A program made the translations under genes and the position numbers. The notes beneath the pieces were generated by a model, which had not been told where the DNA came from, made no database searches, and saw nothing but the letters and a program-made list of their open reading frames with translations. Below are positions 26,933-36,141 of a stretch of 64,000 nt of DNA, piece by piece. The first letter of the stretch is position 1. The number at the start of each line of letters is the position of its first letter. The stretch comes from an uncultured Alphaproteobacteria bacterium. Its GTDB lineage: Bacteria; Pseudomonadota; Alphaproteobacteria; Methylaequorales; Methylaequoraceae. The stretch lies in assembly GCA_902613995.1 (NCBI GenBank), contig CACMJG010000003.1:70054-134053 (forward strand), written 5' to 3'.

Positions 26933-27628
26933 CTATTTAAAACTCATCAAGTTTTTGGTTAAAGTCATATTACCAAAAGCTGAAGCATTCGTATTTTCGG
27001 TACGAACCTGCTGAATCAATCCAATATTATTACAAAGAATTTCCTTATTCTTAACCTCCACATTTATAGGACCAGATCGTGTATCTCCAATAAACTTTGT
27101 GTTTCCTGTACCTTCAATCTCAATACAATCTTCATATGTAGTCTTATTAAATCTTACTTTTTTGTGTCTTTTTTTTATTTTATAATTCATTTCCAATTGT
27201 GACCTTGGCCTAACATTCAATAACGGAGGTTGAAAACCTCTTACTAAAAATAGTTGTTCTTTAACTTTCCATTCTTTCTGTTTAAAATTAAGGTCTGGAT
27301 AAATAATTTTTTTTACAGGTTCGTCAATGCCGTCTGAAAAAGTAAGTATTACTGAAGTCCTTTCAACCTTTCGATCTTTAATTTCATATGAATAATAACT
27401 ACCATCAGAATAAAGTTTTGAGAATTCCTCAACTTTATTTTTTTTTGACTGATGAAAATTTGTTATCATGACTCTTTTATTACTACTTTTACCAGTATAC
27501 GACGATTTAATTGCAACCGAGTATACCCACTTTAGCCCGTAGGTTGAGGGGAAATAATTTTTTTGACTAAATTCACAGGACTGAATTAACACAAGAAATA
27601 TAATTACAAGAAATTTACTGTATAACAT
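26933..27628 (-). CDS. hypothetical lipoprotein (paralog of 53356-54051)
   Basis: Start moved to MLYSKF... because the track start overlaps tRNA-Phe. Lipobox-like LIQSC. Shares GTGNTKFIGD and other blocks with the 231-aa lipoprotein. Confidence 0.55.
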   Translation of the reverse strand: MLYSKFLVIIFLVLIQSCEFSQKNYFPSTYGLKWVYSVAIKSSYTGKSSNKRVMITNFHQSKKNKVEEFSKLYSDGSYYSYEIKDRKVERTSVILTFSDGIDEPVKKIIYPDLNFKQKEWKVKEQLFLVRGFQPPLLNVRPRSQLEMNYKIKKRHKKVRFNKTTYEDCIEIEGTGNTKFIGDTRSGPINVEVKNKEILCNNIGLIQQVRTENTNASAFGNMTLTKNLMSFK

Positions 27629-27634
27629 AAATAG

Positions 27635-27710
27635 TGGTGCCCAGGGGAGGAATTGAACCACCGACACAGCGATTTTCAGTCGCTTGCTCTACCAACTGAG
27701 CTACCTGGGC
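27635..27710 (-). tRNA. tRNA-Phe (GAA)
   Basis: Canonical 76-nt cloverleaf GCCCAGGTAGCTCAGTTGGTAGAGC...CTGAAAA...GGTTCAATTCC...CTGGGCACCA. Confidence 0.95.
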
Positions 27711-27770
27711 AAAATAATTAATTAAATAATAAGATTGTTTAGCATTTTAATGCATTTTTAGAAACAAAAA

Positions 27771-28349
27771 TTATAACTCTGGATTTTTTAATATTTTATA
27801 TAATTCTGGAATTGATATTCCAATAACGTTTGTATAGCAACCACGAATTTTTTTTACAAATCGCGAACCAAAATTTTGGAGTGCATATCCACCTGCTTTG
27901 CCTACGCCGTCTTCTAAAACTTGTTTTGTAATTTCGTTATCTAAAATTTTATTAAAATAAACCTCGGTTTTTGAAAATTTTCTAAAAGCTTTTCCAGAGG
28001 TTGACAAAACACACAAACCACCATAAACGAGATGTTTTCTTCCCGAAAGAGTTTGTAAATAACTTTTTATCTTACTTATAGAGTTTGTTTTATGAAAAAT
28101 TTTTCCTGCACGTATCACCATTGTATCACCTGCAATAACAACTGAATTTTTATTATTTGTTGTTTTTACGGAGCGAGCTTTAAGTTCTGATAGATCTAAG
28201 ACTGATTTTGAATAGGGTTTTTTCCATTTAAAATTTTTTTCATCAACCTTATGGCTTTCGCACACTATATTCGTCAATCCCAAGAGGTTAATAAGTTCTA
28301 TCCTTCTCTGAGATTGAGAGGCTAGAATTATATTACGATTAACTATCAA
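27771..28349 (-). CDS. maf: Maf-like nucleoside triphosphate pyrophosphatase
   Basis: The ILASQSQRR opening and the GKAGGYALQ motif. Confidence 0.9.
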   Translation of the reverse strand: MIVNRNIILASQSQRRIELINLLGLTNIVCESHKVDEKNFKWKKPYSKSVLDLSELKARSVKTTNNKNSVVIAGDTMVIRAGKIFHKTNSISKIKSYLQTLSGRKHLVYGGLCVLSTSGKAFRKFSKTEVYFNKILDNEITKQVLEDGVGKAGGYALQNFGSRFVKKIRGCYTNVIGISIPELYKILKNPEL

Positions 28350-28353
28350 AAAA

Positions 28354-28572
28354 TTATTTGTGTCTAAATGTGATTCTACCCTTTGTTAGATCATAAGGGG
28401 TCATTTCTACTGTTACACGATCACCAGCAAGAACTCTAATCCTAAATTTTCTCATTTTTCCAGCCGTGTGGGCGATTATTTCGTGATTATTATCAAGTAG
28501 GACTCTAAACATAGCGTTTGGTAACAGTTCTTTAACTGTTCCTGTAAATTCCATTAATTCGTCTTTAGCCAT
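28354..28572 (-). CDS. infA: translation initiation factor IF-1
   Basis: 72 aa; [15 protein letters not shown]...AH..GKMRK..IR.L.GD.V.VE..PYDL.KGRI..R. Confidence 0.97.
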   Translation of the reverse strand: MAKDELMEFTGTVKELLPNAMFRVLLDNNHEIIAHTAGKMRKFRIRVLAGDRVTVEMTPYDLTKGRITFRHK

Positions 28573-28580
28573 ACAAATAA

Positions 28581-29876
28581 TTATTTAATAATTCTGCATT
28601 CTATTGATAAAGCATGAGCTTGTAAACCCTCTTCATATGCAAGATTAATTGCATCTTTTCCAATTCTGCTTAAATTTCTTTTGTTACATTCAACTACTGA
28701 CGATCTCTTTAAATAATCCAATAAATTTAATCCAGAAGAAAATCTTGCGGTTCTATCTGTGGGTAAAACATGGTTAGGACCGGCAACATAATCACCTACC
28801 GCCTCTGGTGTGTAACGTCCTAAAAAGATAGCACCGGCATTCCTGATTTTTTTGAGAAACTTTTTTGGTTTTTCAACTGCAATTTCTAAATGTTCAGGTG
28901 CAATTTTATTTATTAATTCAACTGATTTATTTAGATCATCACAAATAATAACTGCTCCAAAATTATTCCAACTTGAACTTGCAATCTTTCTTCTCTTTAA
29001 GTTCTGAAGAAAATTATTGATACTCTTAATTACTTTGTCACAAAAATTTTTATTATCAGTAATTAATATTGATTGAGCTAATTCATCATGTTCAGCTTGA
29101 GCTAGCAAATCTATGGCTATGTGGTCAGGGTTATTTTTTGAATCAGCAACAATCAATACCTCTGATGGTCCCGCAATCATGTCAATTCCGACAGTTCCAA
29201 AAAATTGTTTTTTGGCAGATGCAACATAAGCATTGCCTGGACCAAAAATTTTATCGACCTTTTTGATTGTTTCGGTGCCTAAGGCCAGAGCCGATATCGC
29301 TTGTGCACCCCCAATTTTATAAACTTCTTTTATTCCTAAAAGTTTACAGCAAGCTAAAACTAAGGAATTAGTTTCGCCATTTACAGCTGGAACTGTAACG
29401 ACTATTCGTTCAACTCCAGCAACAATGGCAGGAACTGCGTTCATTATCAAAGAAGACGGATATGCCGCTTTACCTCCTGGAACGTAAAGACCAACTGATT
29501 CAATAGGATTCCAAATACCTCCAAGAACCACACCCTCCTTATCTTTATACATTATGTTCTTAGGCATCTGTTTTTTATGATATGACTTAATCCTACTTAT
29601 TGCTTTATTCAGAGAAAACTTTATGCTAGTCGAAAGATTTTGAAAACATTTTTCAAATTCAGAGTTTTTGACAGCCAAATCTTCAATCTTTTTAAAATTA
29701 GATTTATCGAGTTTATTTGTTAACCTTAGTAAAGCATTATCTGAGTTTTTGCGAACATCAAGAATTATTTTTGATACAATTTTGTCTATTTTTTCATCAT
29801 CCTTATCACGTTTCTTTAGCAAATTATCAAATTTTATTTGAAAATCACTTTGTTTTGTATTTAAAATTTTAACCAT
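28581..29876 (-). CDS. hisD: histidinol dehydrogenase
   Basis: 431 aa with the conserved GPGN.YV, QAEHD and [12 protein letters not shown] blocks. Confidence 0.95.
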   Translation of the reverse strand: MVKILNTKQSDFQIKFDNLLKKRDKDDEKIDKIVSKIILDVRKNSDNALLRLTNKLDKSNFKKIEDLAVKNSEFEKCFQNLSTSIKFSLNKAISRIKSYHKKQMPKNIMYKDKEGVVLGGIWNPIESVGLYVPGGKAAYPSSLIMNAVPAIVAGVERIVVTVPAVNGETNSLVLACCKLLGIKEVYKIGGAQAISALALGTETIKKVDKIFGPGNAYVASAKKQFFGTVGIDMIAGPSEVLIVADSKNNPDHIAIDLLAQAEHDELAQSILITDNKNFCDKVIKSINNFLQNLKRRKIASSSWNNFGAVIICDDLNKSVELINKIAPEHLEIAVEKPKKFLKKIRNAGAIFLGRYTPEAVGDYVAGPNHVLPTDRTARFSSGLNLLDYLKRSSVVECNKRNLSRIGKDAINLAYEEGLQAHALSIECRIIK

Positions 29877-30516
29877 TAATTATCCTTGAAAATTTATTAA
29901 TTATTTTTGAAATTTCTGAATTCATTATTTTGTAAGAAATTTTATTTACAATTAATTTAGATGTGATCTCAAGCAAGACATCAGATTCTTTTAAATTGTT
30001 TTCTTGCAGCGTTCTACCTGTTGAGACTAAATCCACGATTGTCGAACAAATTCCTAATCTTGGTGCAAGTTCGATTGCTCCATTTAATTTAATACATTCA
30101 GCTCTAACACCCTTATTAGCAAAAAAATTGATTACTGTATTTTTATATTTTGTAGCAACCATGATATGACCATTACTTTGAAAGTTTTCTTTATTAACGT
30201 TAATTTTTTTTGCTACTGACAATCTACATTTTCCAATTCCTAAATCTAAAACATTGTATATTTCATCGTAATCAAACTCATTGAGGACATCATCCCCTGC
30301 TATTCCTATTTGTGCCGCTCCTAATGCCACAAACGTTGCAACATCAAACGCTCTAACTTTTATTATTGATATGTTTTTTTTATTTGTACGAAACATAAGC
30401 TTCCTGCTTTTATCATCAAAAAATTCTTGTTCTGGTTCAATGTCAACTTTTTTCAAAAGAGGGATAAGCTCATTTAAAATTCTTCCTTTTGGAACTGCTA
30501 AAATAATATCCCTCAA
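29869..30516 (-). CDS. hisG: ATP phosphoribosyltransferase (short form)
   Basis: LAVPKGRI opening. The probable TTG start at 30516 forms TTGA with the murA stop; the track's ATG at 30546 adds 10 unconserved residues. Confidence 0.88.
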   Translation of the reverse strand: MRDIILAVPKGRILNELIPLLKKVDIEPEQEFFDDKSRKLMFRTNKKNISIIKVRAFDVATFVALGAAQIGIAGDDVLNEFDYDEIYNVLDLGIGKCRLSVAKKINVNKENFQSNGHIMVATKYKNTVINFFANKGVRAECIKLNGAIELAPRLGICSTIVDLVSTGRTLQENNLKESDVLLEITSKLIVNKISYKIMNSEISKIINKFSRIING

Positions 30517-31781
30517 GACTTCACCCTTTTTATTTGTGCACCACACAATTTTAATTTTTGTTCCAAATTTTCATATCCTCTGTCTAAATGATAAACTCTA
30601 TTAATTGTTGTTTTGCCATCAGCCATTAAAGCTGCTATTACAAGACATGATGAAGCTCTAAGGTCTGTTGCCATTACCTCTGCACCTCTAAGTTTTTTAC
30701 ATTTCTTCACAATAACTTTTGAACCAATTTGCTTTACATTTGCTCCCATTCTAATTAATTCACCAATATGCATAAACCTATTTTCAAAAATATTTTCAAC
30801 AATTTCTGAGCGCCCTTTTGTTTTAAGCAATGAAGAAGTTAATTGTGCTTGCAGATCCGTTGGAAATCCAGGGTATTCTTTTGTTTTAACTATTAAGGAA
30901 AGTTCTGAATTTTTTTGTTTTTTTATCAGCAAATTTTTACCATTATCTTTTTTTTTAAGTTGAAGTGACTTTAGTTGTTTAAAAATTTTAATCAAATGAT
31001 CACAGATTTCGTTATTAACATTTTCTAGTTTTACTATCCCTCCACAACCAAAGACGCATAATAAATAAGTGCCTGATTCAATTCTGTCAGGCATAATTTC
31101 ATAAGAACAACTTTTAAGTTTTTTAACTCCATTAATTACAATTTTTTTTGTACCAAAACCTTTTATATTCGCTCCCATTCTAATAAGTAATTTTGACAAA
31201 TCAGATATTTCAGGTTCTTGTGCAGCATTAGTAATGACAGTTGTTCCTTCAGCCAATGTAGCTGCCATAATAAGGTTTTCAGTTGCACCAACAGAAATTT
31301 TATTTAGATTAATATTTGCACCTTTCAATCTCCCATCTATAGACCCAGTTACATATCCATCTTGAATTTTAAAGGTAACTCCCATTCTTTCTAGGCCGTC
31401 CAAATGCAGGTTTACTGGTCTATTCCCAATTGCACAACCTCCGGGAAGAGAAACTTTAGCTTCACCGTATCTAGCTAGTAATGGTCCTAATATTAAAAAG
31501 GAAGCTCTCATTTTTCTAACTAAGTCGTAATGAGCAAGGAGTGATCTTGGAGTTGAGGATATTAAATCTATTTTATCCTTCCTTTTGCTTATTTTTACAT
31601 TCAAAGACTTTAATAACGCAAGCATTGAAAAGATATCAGATAGATTCGGAACATTTGAAACTGAAATTTTCTCTTCAGTTAATAAAGAAGCAGCTAAAAT
31701 TGGGAGTGCAGAGTTTTTTGATCCACTAATTCTTATTTTTCCATTAAGGGATTTTCCTCCAGTTATTTCTATTTTATCCAT
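30513..31781 (-). CDS. murA: UDP-N-acetylglucosamine 1-carboxyvinyltransferase
   Basis: MDKIEITGGKSLNGKIRISGSKNSALP is the canonical MurA N-terminus. The track's extra 39 codons overlap dcd and are unlikely to be translated. Confidence 0.95.
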   Translation of the reverse strand: MDKIEITGGKSLNGKIRISGSKNSALPILAASLLTEEKISVSNVPNLSDIFSMLALLKSLNVKISKRKDKIDLISSTPRSLLAHYDLVRKMRASFLILGPLLARYGEAKVSLPGGCAIGNRPVNLHLDGLERMGVTFKIQDGYVTGSIDGRLKGANINLNKISVGATENLIMAATLAEGTTVITNAAQEPEISDLSKLLIRMGANIKGFGTKKIVINGVKKLKSCSYEIMPDRIESGTYLLCVFGCGGIVKLENVNNEICDHLIKIFKQLKSLQLKKKDNGKNLLIKKQKNSELSLIVKTKEYPGFPTDLQAQLTSSLLKTKGRSEIVENIFENRFMHIGELIRMGANVKQIGSKVIVKKCKKLRGAEVMATDLRASSCLVIAALMADGKTTINRVYHLDRGYENLEQKLKLCGAQIKRVKS

Positions 31782-31782
31782 T

Positions 31783-32337
31783 TTATAATTTCGGAAGAGT
31801 AACGCCCTCTTGAAACATATACTTTCCTTTTCTGTCTGCATAGGACAAATCGCAAACATTTTCTCCTCTAAAAAATAAAAATTGAGCTGCACCTTCATTT
31901 GCGTATATTTTGGCAGGTAGTGGAGTAGTATTTGAAAACTCTAATGTTACATGACCTTCCCATTCAGGTTCAAGAGGTGTTACATTAACAATTATTCCAC
32001 ACCTTGCATAAGTTGATTTGCCAACACATATAACGAGAGTTTCTTTTGGAATTTTAAAATACTCGATAGTTTGCGCTAGTGCAAAACTATTTGGCGGTAT
32101 AATACAAGCGTCAACATTTCTATCAACAAAGCTTGATTCTGAAAAACTTTTTGGATCAACGGTTGCGGAATTAACGTTAGTAAAAATTTTAAAATTCTTA
32201 GAAACTCTAGCATCGTAACCATAAGAAGAAAGACCATAAGATAGGACATTTTTTTTTTCCAATTTATCTATAAATGGATTAATCATTTCTTTTTCTTCTG
32301 CCATTTTTTTTATCCAAGAATCAGGCATTATCCCCAT
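31783..32337 (-). CDS. dcd: dCTP deaminase
   Basis: 184 aa; the GYD.R.. and [17 protein letters not shown] blocks fit the Dcd/dUTPase-like trimeric family. Confidence 0.92.
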   Translation of the reverse strand: MGIMPDSWIKKMAEEKEMINPFIDKLEKKNVLSYGLSSYGYDARVSKNFKIFTNVNSATVDPKSFSESSFVDRNVDACIIPPNSFALAQTIEYFKIPKETLVICVGKSTYARCGIIVNVTPLEPEWEGHVTLEFSNTTPLPAKIYANEGAAQFLFFRGENVCDLSYADRKGKYMFQEGVTLPKL

Positions 32338-32433
32338 TTTTTTTCTCCTTTCTTTTTTTTAAATTTTTTCTTAAAGCAGCAGATAGTTTTTCAAATTTGT
32401 TCTTATTCTTCTGCATCTAAAACTCTTTTGAAA

Positions 32434-32784
32434 CTATCTTTTTAATTTATTGTATTTTGTTGATATTCCTCTGGATAAACTAATAGGGTACTTTCTTTTA
32501 TTTTTTTTTATTTTTTCAATACATACCTTCTCTAAATCAATTTTTGCAATATCTACGAACCTTAGTAAATATAACATAACGTCTGCAACTTCTTCCTCAA
32601 TAAGACTTTTTATTTTTTTCTTAAACCAAAAATTGGAATTTTCATTTTCCCATTGAAAGATTTCTAGAAGTTCTGACGATTCTAAATTTATTGATATTGC
32701 AATATTTTTAAGGTTATGAAACTTTTCCCAGTCTCTTTTCTTAGCGAATTCTCTTAATTCTTTTTGTATTTTCAGTTCATTCAT
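32434..32784 (-). CDS. MazG-like nucleotide pyrophosphohydrolase (dCTPase-type)
   Basis: F...R.W.KFH....IA..I..E..EL.E.FQW and EE.ADV..YL motifs of all-alpha NTP pyrophosphohydrolases. Confidence 0.8.
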   Translation of the reverse strand: MNELKIQKELREFAKKRDWEKFHNLKNIAISINLESSELLEIFQWENENSNFWFKKKIKSLIEEEVADVMLYLLRFVDIAKIDLEKVCIEKIKKNKRKYPISLSRGISTKYNKLKR

Positions 32785-32936
32785 TTATTAGAATTTTCGA
32801 TAAATATAATATAATGAGTATGATTGGTTATAGTTATACAACACTTAATCTAAAATATAAAATATAAAACATAAGTATAACCAAATATTAATTTAAAAAA
32901 TTGACTTTTAAAAAAATATTTTTTTTTTAAAAAAAT

Positions 32937-34571
32937 TTGTTAATGTTCAATTGTATGATCGATTTAATTTGGGGAAGATATTCGTTTCTGTTTTACTTTT
33001 TTTTACTATCAGTAATATCGGGTATTGCTGGATTTTTGAATTCAAGCTTCTTTGTAATATTCTTTTTTAGTTTTTTGTTATTTATTATTTCATTAAGAGA
33101 TTACATGCAAAAAAAAAGATCTATATTATCAAATTTTCCACTTCTAGGTAGGTTTAGATTTTTTTTGGAAAGTATAAGACCTGAACTAAGGCAATATTAC
33201 TGGGAAACCGATGATGAAGAGGTTCCATATTCTCGCAACCAAAGGAGTATGGTTTATCAAAGATCAAAAAATATTGACGGTGTACGACCTTTTGGTTCAT
33301 TAGAAAAAATGTATGATGACGATTTCGTTTGGTTAAATCATTCTATTACTCCATCCTCAATTTCAAATAGTGACTTTAGAACAAAAGTTGGAATTGGGAA
33401 AAATTCATACAACATGTCTGTACTAAATATTTCAGGCACATCCTTCGGAGCAATTTCGCCGCCAGCGATAACATCATTAAACAAAGCTGCAAAAATTGGA
33501 AAATTCGCACATAATACTGGAGAGGGTTCAATGTCAAAGTATCATGAAAAAGGTGGGGGTGATACCATATGGCAAATTTCATCAGGATACTTTGGTTGTA
33601 GAAAAAAAAATGGAGATTTTTGCCCACAAAATTTTTCAAACATAGCAAAAAAAGAACAAGTTAAAATGATAGAAATAAAAATCAGTCAGGGTGCAAAACC
33701 TGGACACGGAGGAATGCTTTTAGCGCCTAAAGTAACTAAAGAAATTGCTGAAACAAGAGGTATATCAATGGGAAAAGATTGTATATCACCAGCAAAACAT
33801 AAAGAATTTTCAAATCCAAATCAGCTAATAGATTTTGTTAAAAAACTTAGAAAACTCTCTGGTAATAAACCTGTAGGAATTAAGATGTGCGTTGGTCACC
33901 CTTGGGAATTAGTATCAATTGTCAAAACAATGTTTTTAAGAAAAGAATATGTGGATTTTATTACAATTGATGGTGCTGAAGGAGGGACAGGAGCAGCACC
34001 GGCAGAGTTTACTGATCACCTTGGATCACCACTTAAAGATGCTATAGTTTTTGTAGATAATGCTTTAGTTGGATCCAATCTCAGAGAAAGAGTAAAGATT
34101 GGAGTTTCAGGAAAAATAGTTTCGGCATTCGATATTGCGCATATGTGTTCTTTAGGAGCAGATTGGATAAATATGGCAAGACCATTTATGTTTTCAATTG
34201 GTTGCATACAATGCAGATCTTGTCACACAGGCGAATGTCCAACAGGTATTGCAACCATGGATCCAATGAGATATAGAGCAATTGATATTGATGATAGATC
34301 TCAAAGAGCTTTTAATTTTCATAAAAATACATTATTTGTGTTTAAAGAGTTACTGGAGTCAGTTGGAGTACAACATCCCTCAGAGCTTAATAGAAGGCAT
34401 ATTGTCAGAAGATTATCAGAGAGCGAAATTCGATTAGCTGATCAAATATACCCAAAAGCAGAAAAAGGTGAATTAACAAAAAAAGGTAAGCTAAATATTG
34501 AAGATCCAAGACTAAATGTATACTGGAACAAAGTTTCTACGAAAAGTTTTAATTACATTCAAAAAAATTAG
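32937..34571 (+). CDS. FMN-binding glutamate synthase family protein
   Basis: N-terminal TM segments followed by a GltS FMN-domain pattern (ISQGAKPGHGG, DGAEGGTGAAP, Cys-rich CIQCRSCHTGECPTG). Confidence 0.85.
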   Translation: MLMFNCMIDLIWGRYSFLFYFFLLSVISGIAGFLNSSFFVIFFFSFLLFIISLRDYMQKKRSILSNFPLLGRFRFFLESIRPELRQYYWETDDEEVPYSRNQRSMVYQRSKNIDGVRPFGSLEKMYDDDFVWLNHSITPSSISNSDFRTKVGIGKNSYNMSVLNISGTSFGAISPPAITSLNKAAKIGKFAHNTGEGSMSKYHEKGGGDTIWQISSGYFGCRKKNGDFCPQNFSNIAKKEQVKMIEIKISQGAKPGHGGMLLAPKVTKEIAETRGISMGKDCISPAKHKEFSNPNQLIDFVKKLRKLSGNKPVGIKMCVGHPWELVSIVKTMFLRKEYVDFITIDGAEGGTGAAPAEFTDHLGSPLKDAIVFVDNALVGSNLRERVKIGVSGKIVSAFDIAHMCSLGADWINMARPFMFSIGCIQCRSCHTGECPTGIATMDPMRYRAIDIDDRSQRAFNFHKNTLFVFKELLESVGVQHPSELNRRHIVRRLSESEIRLADQIYPKAEKGELTKKGKLNIEDPRLNVYWNKVSTKSFNYIQKN

Positions 34572-34677
34572 TTTATAATTTATTTCTTTTGTAAAAAAAT
34601 CTTTTAGTTAAAGCATAATTTTCTATGGGACATGATGAGTCAATTATTATTTAAAAAAAATTTCTTCATTTTTTCTT

Positions 34678-34751
34678 GCCCTCTTAGTTTAATAGTAAAA
34701 CAGGGTCTTGGTAAGACTCAGCCACTGGAGCGTAACCAGTAGAGGGCACCA
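34678..34751 (+). tRNA. tRNA-Thr(GGU)-like cloverleaf with non-canonical D and T loops (atypical tRNA or tRNA-mimic leader)
   Basis: 7-bp acceptor stem (GCCCTCT/AGAGGGC), 4-bp D stem (GTTT/AAAC), 5-bp anticodon stem, TTGGTAA loop, 4-nt variable region, 5-bp T stem (ACTGG/CCAGT), A73 and CCA. The D loop is AATAGTA (no GG) and the T loop is AGCGTAA (no TTC). Confidence 0.5.
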
Positions 34752-34753
34752 TA

Positions 34754-35965
34754 ATGAAGAAAAATTTAACAGAAAAAATATTTATTGGTTTTGTATCAGG
34801 AATAATTTTTGGTTTGTTATTAGGAATAATTTCTATCCCTTCATTATACGAAGACCCAATTATACTATTTCTTTCATTTGGTGGTGACGTTTTTCTCAAA
34901 TTGATCAAAATGCTTGTTGTTCCTATTGTTTTTTTTTCTTTGATTAATGGTGTCGCGAATCTTCAAAATATCAGTTCTCTTGGAAGAATTGGCATAAAGT
35001 CTATAACCATATATATTACTACAACCTTTTTAGCGATATCAATTTCTCTGTTTTTTGCAAACTTATTCCAACCAGGTAGTGAAATAGACACTAACTTTGA
35101 AGCAAATAATATAAATGTTTCTGATCCTCCATCATTTTTAGAAATTTTATTAAATATAATTCCAAATAACCCCTTTGATTCATTAGTAAGAGGAGAGATG
35201 TTACAAGTAATTTTCTTTGCAATTTTAATTGGGGGTGCTTTATCATCTACAAGAGAAAGCAAAACTTTAAAAAAATTTTTTGTTGATTTTAATAGTATTA
35301 TCATGAAGGTACTTTCCTTTGTAATGTTAGTTGCTCCTGCAGGTATTTTTTGCCTCATTGCTAAAACTTTCGCAACACAAGGCTTATCATCAATTATAGA
35401 ATTAATTAAATATTTTCTTCTTGTTATTTTTGTTCTTTTTTTTCATGCGTCGGTTGTTTACCTTCCAGTAATTAAATTCTATGGAAATTTAAATTTAAAA
35501 AAGTTTTTCTCTGGAATCAAAGAGGCATTATTGTTCTCTTTTTCAACATCTAGTAGCAGTGCAACAATACCAATCACACTACAATGTGTTAAAAATAAAT
35601 TTTCCGTAAGAGAAAATATAGCATCCTTCACAATTCCGCTCGGAGCAACAATTAATATGGATGGCACTGCAATTATGCAAGGAGTAGCAACAGTTTTTAT
35701 TGCGAATTTATACGGTATTGATTTGTTTTTTACTGATTATGTTTCGATAATATTAACTGCTACACTCGCTTCAATTGGAACTGCAGGAGTACCTGGTGTA
35801 GGTATTATAATGTTAGGTATGGTTTTAAATCAAGTTGGCTTACCATTAGAAGGTATCGCTATCGTTATGGGTGTAGATAGATTTTTAGATATGTTGAGAA
35901 CATGTGTTAATGTTACTGGTGATGCAATGGTCTCTATTGTAATAAATAAAAGTGAAAAAAAATGA
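34754..35965 (+). CDS. dicarboxylate/amino acid:cation symporter (DAACS family, GltP/GltT-like)
   Basis: SSSATIPITL, IPLGATINMDGTA and DMLRTCVNVTGDA motifs. The Arg of the last motif suggests an acidic substrate. Confidence 0.9.
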   Translation: MKKNLTEKIFIGFVSGIIFGLLLGIISIPSLYEDPIILFLSFGGDVFLKLIKMLVVPIVFFSLINGVANLQNISSLGRIGIKSITIYITTTFLAISISLFFANLFQPGSEIDTNFEANNINVSDPPSFLEILLNIIPNNPFDSLVRGEMLQVIFFAILIGGALSSTRESKTLKKFFVDFNSIIMKVLSFVMLVAPAGIFCLIAKTFATQGLSSIIELIKYFLLVIFVLFFHASVVYLPVIKFYGNLNLKKFFSGIKEALLFSFSTSSSSATIPITLQCVKNKFSVRENIASFTIPLGATINMDGTAIMQGVATVFIANLYGIDLFFTDYVSIILTATLASIGTAGVPGVGIIMLGMVLNQVGLPLEGIAIVMGVDRFLDMLRTCVNVTGDAMVSIVINKSEKK

Positions 35966-36141
35966 AATGGTTTGAGATTGAGTTGGAAATTCCTATTTAC
36001 GGAAAAAGCTTCGAAATTGTCCAAGCATTTGACTCTGAAACAGCAATTCAAATTGCAATCAAAAAAACCGTTAATCAATACGATATACTGAGTCAAGATG
36101 TTTCAATAGTTTTTGTTAAAGAAATTAATAATCAAATTTAA
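35962..36141 (+). CDS. candidate 59-aa protein, ATGA-coupled to the transporter
   Basis: Its ATG overlaps the transporter TGA. MKWFEIELEIPIYGKSFEIVQAFDSETAIQIAIKK... Just below the track threshold, and it overlaps the pyrC 3-prime end convergently by 17 nt. Confidence 0.3.
   Translation: MKWFEIELEIPIYGKSFEIVQAFDSETAIQIAIKKTVNQYDILSQDVSIVFVKEINNQI

Noticed and set aside
31782-31898. The 39-codon N-terminal extension of murA in the track (and likewise 27629-27667 for the lipoprotein gene).
   Set aside because: The canonical MurA N-terminus starts at the internal Met (31781), and the extension lies wholly inside dcd. The lipoprotein extension overlaps tRNA-Phe. These longest-ORF starts are artefacts.
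31783-32784. dcd plus the MazG-like pyrophosphohydrolase as a nucleotide-depletion anti-phage system.
   Set aside because: dcd is of ordinary housekeeping size and sequence and sits in a conserved murA-hisGD-infA string. A small MazG/dCTPase next to it is more simply explained as pyrimidine pool housekeeping. There are no extra domains or island context.
34684-34908. 74-aa minus-strand ORF spanning the tRNA-like element and the transporter start.
   Set aside because: It overlaps both a highly structured RNA and the well-supported DAACS N-terminus on the opposite strand, and has no motif. It is a spurious ORF.
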